A stretch of DNA of 64,000 nt, from IMG/VR virus record IMGVR_UViG_3300043449_001175, positions 1-64,000 of that record; one strand, 5' to 3'. The notes under the pieces were generated by a model. That model saw only the letters and a program-made list of their open reading frames with translations. It did not search any database and was not told where the DNA came from. Positions within the stretch are counted from its first letter, which is position 1, and the number at the start of each line of letters is the position of its first letter. The position numbers and the translations under genes were made by a program. Positions 31,162 through 41,154 of this stretch are shown here, in pieces. Origin of the DNA: a virus.

Positions 31162-31557
31162 TTATGTTGTTGTGTTATCAAACTTTGCGATTGTGATAAC
31201 TTGGGTCATACTTTTATCTCCGTTAAAGTTATAGCCAGGTTGTGCCTGAGTAAAGTTTTCACGTGTAGGTTTTAACATACTTATTTTATCAACACGAAAT
31301 AATCTCCAAGAAGGTAACGGTTGTTCACCTTTATAAGCCGTGTGAGAAGCACCTGTTCTATCCCAACCTCTAAGAACCATATTACCTGCCTTTGAACGAC
31401 CTAACGCAACTGGTTCAATTTCACGTAATCCTCTTCCACCTGGTTCATCACCTTCATAATAAATTGAGCACACTTGTTTTTGTTCAATTGCTCTTTTAAT
31501 ATCATCAATTGAAGCAGCTTCAGTTATTAAAGATTTTAACGAACCAAGTAATTTCAT
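31162..31557 (-). CDS. stand-alone WYL-domain protein
   Basis: IKRAIEQKQVCSIYY...REIEPVALG...LRGWD...WRLFRVDKI pattern. Confidence 0.75.
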   Translation of the reverse strand: MKLLGSLKSLITEAASIDDIKRAIEQKQVCSIYYEGDEPGGRGLREIEPVALGRSKAGNMVLRGWDRTGASHTAYKGEQPLPSWRLFRVDKISMLKPTRENFTQAQPGYNFNGDKSMTQVITIAKFDNTTT

Positions 31558-31853
31558 TATTCTGTGCCTCTTATGTTGTAAGGTTTGTTTGGTTGATAAG
31601 CATTAAATTTAATATTCATTTTTCTTTCAAAAACATCTACAGATGTTCCTGCCGTTTGATTGTAAACGTCTAAATAAACACCTGTTCCTCTCCCAATAGA
31701 ATCACCATCACCTGTGGCATCAGGATTAGTTGATGAATATTCATTACCTTGTTGTACATAATCATTTTTTACAATGTTTTTCTTTCTTTCTATTTCAGCA
31801 ATAGCTGTTAACCTATTTGCTGGTTGTGAAAAATCTAATGGTAATTGTTCCAT
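31557..31853 (-). CDS. hypothetical protein
   Basis: 98-aa ORF in operon. Confidence 0.7.
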   Translation of the reverse strand: MEQLPLDFSQPANRLTAIAEIERKKNIVKNDYVQQGNEYSSTNPDATGDGDSIGRGTGVYLDVYNQTAGTSVDVFERKMNIKFNAYQPNKPYNIRGTE

Positions 31854-31858
31854 AATTT

Positions 31859-32329
31859 TTATAATAATTTTTTCATAAGATTATTTATCCTTTTTAGGCT
31901 TTCAGTTACTTGTAAGTCATATTTGTCAATACTTGTTTTATTAGCATCGTCTTTTGACAAATTTAGATTTACATTTACGTTTGGTGTTTGAACAAATTCT
32001 TTTTCCATACCAGTATCCTGTCTAATAGTTTTAGAAGTTGCTAATGATTGTCTTGACCCAGATAATGATGAATTAACAAAATCTCTCATTTTACTTTCAC
32101 CGTTTAAAATAAATGGTGCGTCTTGAGGTGTTCCCGTGTGATTATCAAAAAAATTTTTAATTCTTTTTAATTCAGGATAAGATATTGTTGTTGCAGTCTG
32201 TAATCTTCTATTACGATTATAACCTTCAGTATTTGCATTGGCGTTTTTAACCTTAGCAAAACATATTCTCATATGATTCTGTAAATCTTTTGGAAAATCC
32301 CAACTTTTATCGTAAAGTTCTTTATTCAT
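31859..32329 (-). CDS. hypothetical protein, putative head-internal
   Basis: C-terminal VTESLKRINNLMKKLL resembles the scaffold C-terminus. Confidence 0.6.
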   Translation of the reverse strand: MNKELYDKSWDFPKDLQNHMRICFAKVKNANANTEGYNRNRRLQTATTISYPELKRIKNFFDNHTGTPQDAPFILNGESKMRDFVNSSLSGSRQSLATSKTIRQDTGMEKEFVQTPNVNVNLNLSKDDANKTSIDKYDLQVTESLKRINNLMKKLL

Positions 32330-33131
32330 TTTTTAATAACTTTAAAATGTCTGAATTACTCAACCCTTCTTTATCCGCCATTTTTTTAAGGGTTTTTAAA
32401 TTTTTCATCAATAATTTTGAAGCATTTATTTCTTTATTTTGAACATCGGTATCTTTTGATTTTTTTGTTACCATATCCTCAAGAACTTTTATCATTTTTT
32501 CTTTTTGAATTTCTTCCAATCTTTTTCTTGTAAAAGAACCAGGTAATTTTTTCTTATCTAATTTTGGGTCATACCCCATTTCTCTTGCTCTACCTTTTGG
32601 GTCTTCAACACCTAATTCTTTAAATGTTTCAATCGCTTCTTTTGCGTCTTCTCCTTCTAATTCAGTTTCTTCAAAACCAAAAGCTCCACGGGCATCAATT
32701 TCTCTAACAACACTTTCACCATAGTAAACTCTATATCCACGTAATAATGGATTTGTTGCTTGTCTAGCGGCAAACACAGTTTGGTCCATAGTTTTTGTTG
32801 GTGATAATGTAGGGTCATGAATTGGAACTTTTGAATTTGAGAAACTACCATCGTAATCTACAAGTTCTTCAATCTCACCTTTTTCTGTTGAGATTTTATC
32901 CATGATTTTTTTTATATCTTTCTTAGAAAATTTTTTCTTTGATTTTGTTAATTTTTCAATAATTAATTTTATTTTATTTTCATTAATTAAAGGTATATTA
33001 ACAATTTCATCCATTGTTCTTGCTTCTGTAATAGTATCACTAACAGAATAGTAGACATCAATAGAATCTTTTCTTTTCTTTAAGAAAAAATACATGTCAT
33101 TATTATAATATTCACGACCAAATTCAATCAT
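32322..33131 (-). CDS. hypothetical Lys/Glu-rich protein, putative head-internal
   Basis: 269-aa ORF, TATTTAT at 33148-33154 (minus strand). Confidence 0.65.
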   Translation of the reverse strand: MIEFGREYYNNDMYFFLKKRKDSIDVYYSVSDTITEARTMDEIVNIPLINENKIKLIIEKLTKSKKKFSKKDIKKIMDKISTEKGEIEELVDYDGSFSNSKVPIHDPTLSPTKTMDQTVFAARQATNPLLRGYRVYYGESVVREIDARGAFGFEETELEGEDAKEAIETFKELGVEDPKGRAREMGYDPKLDKKKLPGSFTRKRLEEIQKEKMIKVLEDMVTKKSKDTDVQNKEINASKLLMKNLKTLKKMADKEGLSNSDILKLLKNE

Positions 33132-33178
33132 ATTGATTTTTTATACTATAAATACTACAACAAAAGTATTTATGTCAT

Positions 33179-36007
33179 ATGGCTTATCAGAACATTAACC
33201 AATATGTCTATAAAAAATGGTTTTTATCACCATTTTTAGAAGTTACGGACCTTTCTTTGGCTTCAGATGAACGAGATTATAACGAAGAAGTTATTTTTTC
33301 GCCATATATTATTGGAGCATATGATGGTGATGTATTGCCAGTTAAATTTGATATAAATTTTACAGGAAGTAATCAAAATTTTTCATTAACATACGGAAAT
33401 TATGATTTTGATAACATTTTAGTATCCGAAAATTACTACAACCCAACTGATGTTTTAATAGATTGTTATTCTTCAAAAACAATTTGTGATATTGGATTAA
33501 CAGGTACTGATAACGGATTGGTTACTGGAATGACAGGTCAATCAATAACTTATACAAATGGTTTGTTACCAACAAATGAAAAATTTGATAGATATAAATT
33601 TGATAGGAGATTAAAATTACACCAAGTTACTGGTTACACGTGGACTCCAAACACAAGATTTTCAGGTGTAACGGCAGGAACAGTTTATGATGTGGTATCT
33701 TACAGCGCTCAAACTGTTGGAAATTACCAAGAATTGTATGGTGGTTTTTATCAAGGGTTTTATGAGTTATTTGGTTACGATTATAAAATTTTACCTGAAA
33801 GATATCCAAAAGGGTGGACGGTAGAAATGACTTTAAAGCCGAGATTGTCCAATGCTTATACTCCAAGTTCAGGACAAACAACATTAAATCAATATTACCC
33901 AAATAATGCTGGTATTTTCTTTTATATGGGTACAAGGGCTGAAAATAAATATTGGCACCACGCAGCAGGAACAAATTCAGGCGACCCATCATACTATAGA
34001 ATCACAACACCACTAACAGGTTTAACAAGTTGTTTTTGTGTTGATTTATATCCTAATTATACAACATCGTCAACTACGGTATTTGATTTAACAACAAGCG
34101 GTGAAACATTAACAGTATCTTCAGATTTATCATGGGTTTCAGGTGATACCGCATTAATATATCACGATGATGCACAATATCTTATTGGTACTGTTGTTGG
34201 TTACACATCTGAAACAGGGAATTTTCAATTTGTAACAACAAAACGAGTTGGTTTAGGAACTATATATTTTTCAATTGTAACTAATCCGGGTTATTTAGAA
34301 TATAACGATTCTAATTGTGTGTTAGTATATCCGCCAACAGGAACAACAGATTCACATACTCAAGTAGACCCTTGTTGTTGTCCTGAACCACCAGTTCCAA
34401 TTCCAGAACATAATCCTGAATATGATTCAATGTCAAACGCAATTGCAATTAAATTCAGTGGTGACCCACATAATCCAAAAATTTGTGTAAGAACTTTAAC
34501 AATAACAGGTGATTGTATTTTTTCGGGTTCTTGTGAAACATTGGGTCCTGATTCTGTTACTGGATATTCAATTAACAATTACTGTTCAGAAAGAGGAATT
34601 TACGATAATTGTAGTGGAACTACATACGATGACCAAGAACACTGGGTTTTGGTTGATGTCGTCTTTGAACGATACACGTGGTTAGATACCTGCGATTTAT
34701 ATTATCGTGGAGGTCTTGGAACAATTACAACATTTCCATATACCGCAAGTACGGCTAATAATTCGGTTTCATTAATATCGCCACCAATCACACATTACGA
34801 ATTAATCCCAACAATCGAGGAACTTGTTGAATTAAATAATCTTTGGATATTAGAAAAAATATATCGTAGAGGTAGAATAAAGGTTTATATCAACGGTAGA
34901 ATATTTGATGTATTTGAAGATGTTGAAGAAATTATACCACGTGGTTTATTTGGTCATAAAGAAAATCAAGTCGGAGTACCATTCAATATATCTTGGGGTG
35001 GTGGTACACAAGGACTACACGAAAATTTAATTTTTAGTGCGGTACCAACCAATGATATAAATTACTATACTCAAGACCCTGAATTGTTTCCACCAAACAT
35101 TTTAAGTGGTACAACATTAAGTGGACTCACAACTAATATATTAATTGAACAAAATTTTGCCGGAACTTTTGATGGTGCGATATCAAAGTTTAATATGTAT
35201 GCAAAACCATTATCGGTTCCTGAAATTCAACACAATGCAAGAATTTTAAGACCAATTTATAATTTTTTAAATCCATATTGTTTAGATTGTGGTGCAAATG
35301 TAACACCAACCCCAACACCAACAACAACAGTTACACCAACACCAACCTCAGTTACTCCAACTCCAACACCTACACCATCGGTAACACCAGGTCTTTCACC
35401 AACACCAACCCCAACACCGACAAGTACACCATCACCTTATTTTGCATATCTATTTATAGAACCTCAATCAGGTTCAACTCTTATTGGTGAATACATGTAC
35501 AATTTGGGTTCAACATTCTATGGATTTACAAATAACTCAGCGCCAGACAATGACAACACAAATCCTGACTTATTCAATGATGACATGAATAATTATGTGT
35601 CTTTCTCAGGATGGAGTAATGGTTCATTCCCTTCAGTGAGAACTCAAACAGTTCCACAGTCTTCGGGTGGTGTTGATTCATTTGGTAATTCAATATCGGC
35701 ATATAATTTCACAACACACGAAGTACCAATTAATACAGTTAGTGGTAACTCTTGGTATACGTGGATTATCCCAAATGATGCGATAAATGATGGAATACAA
35801 CAAAAAATTGCTTATAGTGTAAATGGTAATCCAAACGCATTGACAACATCAATTATGGACAGCTCAATTTATTCTAGTACGTTTACTTATACAGGTACTA
35901 CAATTCCTGTTGGTACTTATAGAGTTTACACAACATTTGCTGACTTGTCATTCTATATAAATAACAACTTTAATACCGTATATTTTAAAGGTGATACTGT
36001 AATTTAA
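33179..36007 (+). CDS. large virion protein with LamG/ConA-like region and Thr-Pro linker
   Basis: GWTVEM, KVYINGR, FAGTFDGAISKFNMYAKPLS.PEI; TPTP linker; many [ST]GxT motifs. Confidence 0.7.
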   Translation: MAYQNINQYVYKKWFLSPFLEVTDLSLASDERDYNEEVIFSPYIIGAYDGDVLPVKFDINFTGSNQNFSLTYGNYDFDNILVSENYYNPTDVLIDCYSSKTICDIGLTGTDNGLVTGMTGQSITYTNGLLPTNEKFDRYKFDRRLKLHQVTGYTWTPNTRFSGVTAGTVYDVVSYSAQTVGNYQELYGGFYQGFYELFGYDYKILPERYPKGWTVEMTLKPRLSNAYTPSSGQTTLNQYYPNNAGIFFYMGTRAENKYWHHAAGTNSGDPSYYRITTPLTGLTSCFCVDLYPNYTTSSTTVFDLTTSGETLTVSSDLSWVSGDTALIYHDDAQYLIGTVVGYTSETGNFQFVTTKRVGLGTIYFSIVTNPGYLEYNDSNCVLVYPPTGTTDSHTQVDPCCCPEPPVPIPEHNPEYDSMSNAIAIKFSGDPHNPKICVRTLTITGDCIFSGSCETLGPDSVTGYSINNYCSERGIYDNCSGTTYDDQEHWVLVDVVFERYTWLDTCDLYYRGGLGTITTFPYTASTANNSVSLISPPITHYELIPTIEELVELNNLWILEKIYRRGRIKVYINGRIFDVFEDVEEIIPRGLFGHKENQVGVPFNISWGGGTQGLHENLIFSAVPTNDINYYTQDPELFPPNILSGTTLSGLTTNILIEQNFAGTFDGAISKFNMYAKPLSVPEIQHNARILRPIYNFLNPYCLDCGANVTPTPTPTTTVTPTPTSVTPTPTPTPSVTPGLSPTPTPTPTSTPSPYFAYLFIEPQSGSTLIGEYMYNLGSTFYGFTNNSAPDNDNTNPDLFNDDMNNYVSFSGWSNGSFPSVRTQTVPQSSGGVDSFGNSISAYNFTTHEVPINTVSGNSWYTWIIPNDAINDGIQQKIAYSVNGNPNALTTSIMDSSIYSSTFTYTGTTIPVGTYRVYTTFADLSFYINNNFNTVYFKGDTVI
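35300..35436 (+). repeat. Thr-Pro coding repeat
   Basis: [46 protein letters not shown]. Confidence 0.9.
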
Positions 36008-36114
36008 AATTTATCCTTTACCTCATCACAAGTATTATAAAAAAAGGTTTTTAACAATTAATTTTCCTATTAACTTTTCTATTTCTTTAATTAGTTTTAT
36101 GAAAAACTATTTTA

Positions 36115-37362
36115 ATGAAAATATTTGTTCAAATTGCCTCTTATCGTGACCCACAGTTGGTTCACACAATCAAAAACATGATTGAAAATGCGAAGAAACC
36201 AAAAAATTTACGATTTGGTATTGCAAGACAATTTCATCCCAATGATAAATTTGATGACTTGTCAGAGTACGATAAAGATAAAAGATTCAAAATCATTAAC
36301 ATTCCATACGAAGAATCAAAAGGTGTTTGTTGGGCAAGAAACCTAACACAACAACTTTATGATAATGAAGAATATACACTTCAAATTGATTCTCACATGA
36401 GGTTTGCTCCAAATTGGGATGATGAGATGATTAAGATGATTAAACAACTCCAAAAGAAAGGTCATGAAAAACCATTACTTACAGGTTATGTTTCGTCATT
36501 TGACCCCGACAATGACCCTCAAGGGAGAATGCAAGAGCCATGGAGAATGGCGTTTGACAGATTTATTCCCGAAGGTGCGGTATTCTTCTTACCTGAAACA
36601 ATTCCAGGTTGGCAGAACTTAACAGAACCTGTCACATCTCGTTTCTATTCGGCTCACTACTGTTTCACTTTGGGACAATTCTCAAAAGAAGTACAACACA
36701 ACCCTGAATACTATTTTCACGGTGAAGAAATATCAATTGCCGCTCGTGCTTATACTTGGGGTTATGATTTGTTCCACCCACATAAAGTTTTGATTTGGCA
36801 CGAATATACTCGTAAAGGTAGAACAAAACAATGGGATGACGATAAAGCTTGGGGTGAGAAAAACAAACATTCACATTTTACAAACAGAAAGTTGTTTGGT
36901 ATGGACGGTGAACAACAAGAAGGACATGATGGTCCTTATGGTTTTGGTCCCGTTAGAACATTAAGAGATTACGAAAAGTACTCTGGTTTGTTGTTTGAAA
37001 AACGTGCGGTACAACAATATACTTTGGATAAGAACTACCCACCGAACCCATATAATTTTGAATCTGAAGAAGAGTGGAAGAAAAACTTTGCTCAAGTTTT
37101 CAAACATTGTATTGATATTGGATTCTCTCAAGTACCTGAAAAAGATTATGATTTTTGGGTGGTTGCTTTTCACGGAGAAAATGATGAAACACTTTATAGA
37201 AAAGATGCTGACATCAATGAGATTAATAGAATGTTAAATGACCCTGATGGATATTGTAAAGTATGGAGAGAGTTCCAAACAGAACATAAACCAAAGTATT
37301 GGGTTGTTTGGCCTCACTCAGTATCAAAAGACTGGTGTGAAAGGATTACGGGGAACCTGTAA
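36115..37362 (+). CDS. GT60-like polypeptide/hydroxyproline GlcNAc transferase
   Basis: IFVQIASYRDP, SKGVCWAR, LQIDSHMRF..WD, FHGEE...AR.YT.G.D signatures of the Skp1 GlcNAc-transferase family. Confidence 0.85.
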   Translation: MKIFVQIASYRDPQLVHTIKNMIENAKKPKNLRFGIARQFHPNDKFDDLSEYDKDKRFKIINIPYEESKGVCWARNLTQQLYDNEEYTLQIDSHMRFAPNWDDEMIKMIKQLQKKGHEKPLLTGYVSSFDPDNDPQGRMQEPWRMAFDRFIPEGAVFFLPETIPGWQNLTEPVTSRFYSAHYCFTLGQFSKEVQHNPEYYFHGEEISIAARAYTWGYDLFHPHKVLIWHEYTRKGRTKQWDDDKAWGEKNKHSHFTNRKLFGMDGEQQEGHDGPYGFGPVRTLRDYEKYSGLLFEKRAVQQYTLDKNYPPNPYNFESEEEWKKNFAQVFKHCIDIGFSQVPEKDYDFWVVAFHGENDETLYRKDADINEINRMLNDPDGYCKVWREFQTEHKPKYWVVWPHSVSKDWCERITGNL

Positions 37363-37377
37363 TAATAAAATTAGTTA

Positions 37378-38112
37378 ATGAATATTACTAATATCCCTAA
37401 GTTTGTCGTTAATTTAGAAAGACGACCTGACCGATTAGAACATATCCAAAAAGAAATGGATTATATGGGTTGGGAATACGAGTTATTCAAAGCCGTTGAT
37501 TTAAATAATCATGGTGGTTGTACTTTATCACACACACAAATCATTAAACTTGCCAAAGAACGAGGATATGACTCGGTTATGGTGATTGAAGATGATTGTA
37601 CTTTTTTACCGTATTCGAAGGATTTGATAAATAAAATTGAAACCGAATCTGATGAGTTTGAATTTGGAATTATTAATCTTGCACCAACCTTAAACCGAGT
37701 AGTCAACCGTAGTGAAGAACAACCTTTATTTTTAGATATTACAAATTTACCGCCAAAGAAAGAACATGAAAGAGGTATATTTGCAACTAACATGATAATT
37801 TATCATAGTTCAATTTATGATAAAGTTTTGGAAATGGAAAAAAAAGAAAACTTAGGTTATTATGCAATAGATGATTACATTTATCAATTTGTTTTACCAA
37901 TCAGACAAAGTTATTGTCCAATATTACCAGTTGCCCCTCAAATGAGTAGTTGGTCTGATGTATCTCAAGGACAATACAATAATTTTTATACTCAAACTTA
38001 TAATTGGAATTTATATAGTCCGTGTAAAATACCTTCAGGATATTTACATGGTACATTAACAAACGAACTTAAAACAAATAAACAACATAAAGAATTTACA
38101 TATGTCAGTTAA
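37378..38112 (+). CDS. glycosyltransferase GT25-like
   Basis: VVNLERRPDR, AVD, GCTLSH, VIEDD. Confidence 0.85.
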   Translation: MNITNIPKFVVNLERRPDRLEHIQKEMDYMGWEYELFKAVDLNNHGGCTLSHTQIIKLAKERGYDSVMVIEDDCTFLPYSKDLINKIETESDEFEFGIINLAPTLNRVVNRSEEQPLFLDITNLPPKKEHERGIFATNMIIYHSSIYDKVLEMEKKENLGYYAIDDYIYQFVLPIRQSYCPILPVAPQMSSWSDVSQGQYNNFYTQTYNWNLYSPCKIPSGYLHGTLTNELKTNKQHKEFTYVS

Positions 38113-38983
38113 ATTTATTACATCAATATATAGCGATTTGTATGGTACTGAATACGGTGGTCGAATTGGTAGAGGAGGTCATTATCGATATAGTTTATTA
38201 TCGCTTTTAAAAATGACTAATGCTGATTTTTTATGTTATACATCAGATAGAGAGTTACCTTCATTACTCACATTTTTTTATGAAACACATGGTATATCAT
38301 CAGATAAACTAAAATTTCAAGTGTTTGATATTGCAAATACAAAATTCAAAGATTTAATTAATCAATATAAAGATGTTGAAGTAACTAAAAAATCAGATAG
38401 ATGTATTGAAGTACAATATAGTAAATTCCATTGGTGGTGGAACGAAGATAAGTCTTATGATTATTATTATTGGATTGACGCTGGATTGTCACATTGCGGA
38501 TTAATCCCAGTTAAATACTTGGTTGGTACTCACCCCGAACAAAGATATTATGAATCAACTTTATTCAATAATGATTTTTTGAAGAATCTAATTGAAGATA
38601 CTGGCGATAAATTCTTAATTCTTGGAAAAGAAAATGACCGAAATTATTGGTCAGGCACATTGGACCCTAAATGGTATACTAATTGGGAAAGAGGTGTTCA
38701 TATTATTGGAGGACTATTTGGTGGTCATAGAGATAATTGGGATAAAATTGTTACACTATTTGAAGATTATACTAAAAATGTTATTACTGAGGATAAAGGT
38801 TTACCCCATGAAGAAAATATAATGACATTAATGTACTATAATCATAAAGAATTATTTGAACGTAAACATTTTGATATTTGGTGGTGTAGGGATAATGCAC
38901 CTGCAGGTGTTTCAGATGAAATGTTTGAACAAAATAAAAGTTTTTTTAAAATTTTAGAAGAATTTAATAGAATATATGAGTAA
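38102..38983 (+). CDS. HtrL/WlaTC-like protein (putative glycosyltransferase)
   Basis: YYYWIDAGL, IGGLFGG, EENIM; paralogous to N-half of next gene. Confidence 0.6.
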   Translation: MSVKFITSIYSDLYGTEYGGRIGRGGHYRYSLLSLLKMTNADFLCYTSDRELPSLLTFFYETHGISSDKLKFQVFDIANTKFKDLINQYKDVEVTKKSDRCIEVQYSKFHWWWNEDKSYDYYYWIDAGLSHCGLIPVKYLVGTHPEQRYYESTLFNNDFLKNLIEDTGDKFLILGKENDRNYWSGTLDPKWYTNWERGVHIIGGLFGGHRDNWDKIVTLFEDYTKNVITEDKGLPHEENIMTLMYYNHKELFERKHFDIWWCRDNAPAGVSDEMFEQNKSFFKILEEFNRIYE

Positions 38984-40649
38984 TATAACTTTAGTAACAG
39001 GTCTTTGGAATATTAAGAGAGATGAACTTGGTGAAGGTTGGTCTCGTTCATTCCAACATTATTTGGATAAATTTGAACAACTACTTAAGGTTGAAAATCC
39101 AATGATTATATTTGGTGATTCTGACTTGGAATCATTTGTTTTTGAAAGACGAAACAAAGATAATACAATGTTTATCTCTCGTAGTCAAGAATGGTTCAAA
39201 AACGAATTTTATGACAAAATACAAACAATCAGAACAAATCCTGATTGGTATAATCAAGCAGGTTGGTTACCACAATCAACACAAGCAAGATTAGAAATGT
39301 ACAATCCTTTGGTAATGTCAAAGGTTTTCTTATTAAATGATGCCAAAATTATGGACCCATTTAATTCTGATATGATGTTTTGGATTGATGCTGGTTTAAC
39401 AAATACTGTTCATCCAGGTTATTTTACACACGATAAAGTTTTGGAGAAATTACCTAACTATGTTAATAAATTTTCATTTGTTTGTTTCCCATATCAAGCC
39501 GAAAACGAGATTCACGGATTTAACTTTAATCAAATTAATGGAATTGTTGGTGAAAAGGTAGAAATGGTTGCACGTGGTGGGTTCTTTGGTGGTCCAAAAC
39601 ACACAATAGGAGACATTAACGGGATTTATTACAATTTGTTATCATCCACATTATCTCGTGGACTTATGGGAACTGAGGAGTCAATATTCTCAATCATGTG
39701 TTACAAACACTCCGATTTAATTGATTACTTTGAAATAGAATCTAATGGTTTATTTGGTAAGTTCTTTGAAGATTTGAAAAATGAAACATTAGAAAGAAAA
39801 AACAAACAAGGTTTTACACCAATTAATGACGATTTGAATCCTGATAACGCTGCTTTGTATGTAATTACATTTAATAGTCCAAAACAATTTGAAACATTGA
39901 TTGATTCAATGACTCAATATGACAAAGATTTTTTAGATAAACCAAAAAAGTTTTTATTGAATAACTCATCTGATTTATCAACTACCGAAAGATACTCGGA
40001 ACTTTGTGAAATATATGGTTTTGAACATATCAAGAAAGATAATTTAGGTATTTGTGGTGGTAGACAATGGGTTGCAGAACATTCTGAAGAAAATGGGTTT
40101 GATTTTCATTTTTTCTTCGAGGATGACATGTTCTTTTACCCCCAAAAAGGAGATGTGTGTAGAAACGGATTTAATAGATACGTTTCAAATTTATATAAGA
40201 ACACATTAGAAATAACAAAAAAGAATCATTTTGATTTTTTAAAGTTTAATTACAGTGAGTTTTATGGTGATAATGGTACCCAATGGTCGTGGTACAATGT
40301 TCCACAGAACTTTAGAATAGAACATTGGCCTGAAAAACCAAATTTACCTGTTCACGGTCAAGACCCAAATGCTCCAAGAACAAAATTCAAACATGTAAGA
40401 ACACACAATGGTATTCCATTCGTATCAGGTGAAATTTATTATTGTAACTGGCCACAAGTTGTTACTCGTCATGGTAACAAGAAAATGTTTTTAGAAACAA
40501 CTTGGGCACACCCGTTCGAGCAGACATGGATGAGTTTTATTTTTCAAGAAACAATTAAGGGAAAAATCAATCCCGGACTATTACTTATGACCCCAACTGA
40601 ACATGATAGGTTTGAATTTTATGATGGTTCATTAAGAAAAGAATCTTAA
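38976..40649 (+). CDS. HtrL/YibB-like domain fused to a GT-A-like domain
   Basis: TLVTGLWNI.R, YNPLVMSK, FWIDAGL, RGGFFGG; C-half FFEDDM. Confidence 0.7.
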   Translation: MSNITLVTGLWNIKRDELGEGWSRSFQHYLDKFEQLLKVENPMIIFGDSDLESFVFERRNKDNTMFISRSQEWFKNEFYDKIQTIRTNPDWYNQAGWLPQSTQARLEMYNPLVMSKVFLLNDAKIMDPFNSDMMFWIDAGLTNTVHPGYFTHDKVLEKLPNYVNKFSFVCFPYQAENEIHGFNFNQINGIVGEKVEMVARGGFFGGPKHTIGDINGIYYNLLSSTLSRGLMGTEESIFSIMCYKHSDLIDYFEIESNGLFGKFFEDLKNETLERKNKQGFTPINDDLNPDNAALYVITFNSPKQFETLIDSMTQYDKDFLDKPKKFLLNNSSDLSTTERYSELCEIYGFEHIKKDNLGICGGRQWVAEHSEENGFDFHFFFEDDMFFYPQKGDVCRNGFNRYVSNLYKNTLEITKKNHFDFLKFNYSEFYGDNGTQWSWYNVPQNFRIEHWPEKPNLPVHGQDPNAPRTKFKHVRTHNGIPFVSGEIYYCNWPQVVTRHGNKKMFLETTWAHPFEQTWMSFIFQETIKGKINPGLLLMTPTEHDRFEFYDGSLRKES

Positions 40650-40665
40650 TGAGTATTTATAATAC

Positions 40666-41154
40666 ATGGGAAGGTTTATTATATCAGAAAATGAAAAAAA
40701 GAGGATATTGGGTTTATATCTTGTTGAATCTGAAGAAGAAATCACTTTAGTTGATGGTATTGAAAAAAGAATAGACAAAAATCCTAATCCAAAAGTACAG
40801 AGTATACTTCCTCCAGGTTTGTTTAAAAGTTATACAGTTTTATTAAACGGAGAAGAAATAATGGGTGGAAGTCCACAAACCTCAAAAAAATATACCTATG
40901 TTGGTTCTAAAGAGGGTGGTTTATTAAACGTAGTTATACCTGACGATTCTGACAAGGCTTATGTAATGAATATTAATATTCCTGAAAACCTAAGAGGAAA
41001 GGGTATTGGTGCTAAAATATACCAAGCTGTTGCTAATAAAATTAATCGAACAGTAATTAGCTCAGGAGATAATGAAGCGTTAGGGATGATTGCGTCACAA
41101 ACACCATCATCACAATCGTTTTGGAGAAAACATAAAAATTTTGAACCCAATTGA
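40666..41154 (+). CDS. GNAT-like acetyltransferase with putative capsid-targeting leader
   Basis: IPENLRGKGIGAKIY acetyl-CoA motif; MGRFIISENEKKRIL leader; TATTTAT 5 nt upstream. Confidence 0.65.
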   Translation: MGRFIISENEKKRILGLYLVESEEEITLVDGIEKRIDKNPNPKVQSILPPGLFKSYTVLLNGEEIMGGSPQTSKKYTYVGSKEGGLLNVVIPDDSDKAYVMNINIPENLRGKGIGAKIYQAVANKINRTVISSGDNEALGMIASQTPSSQSFWRKHKNFEPN

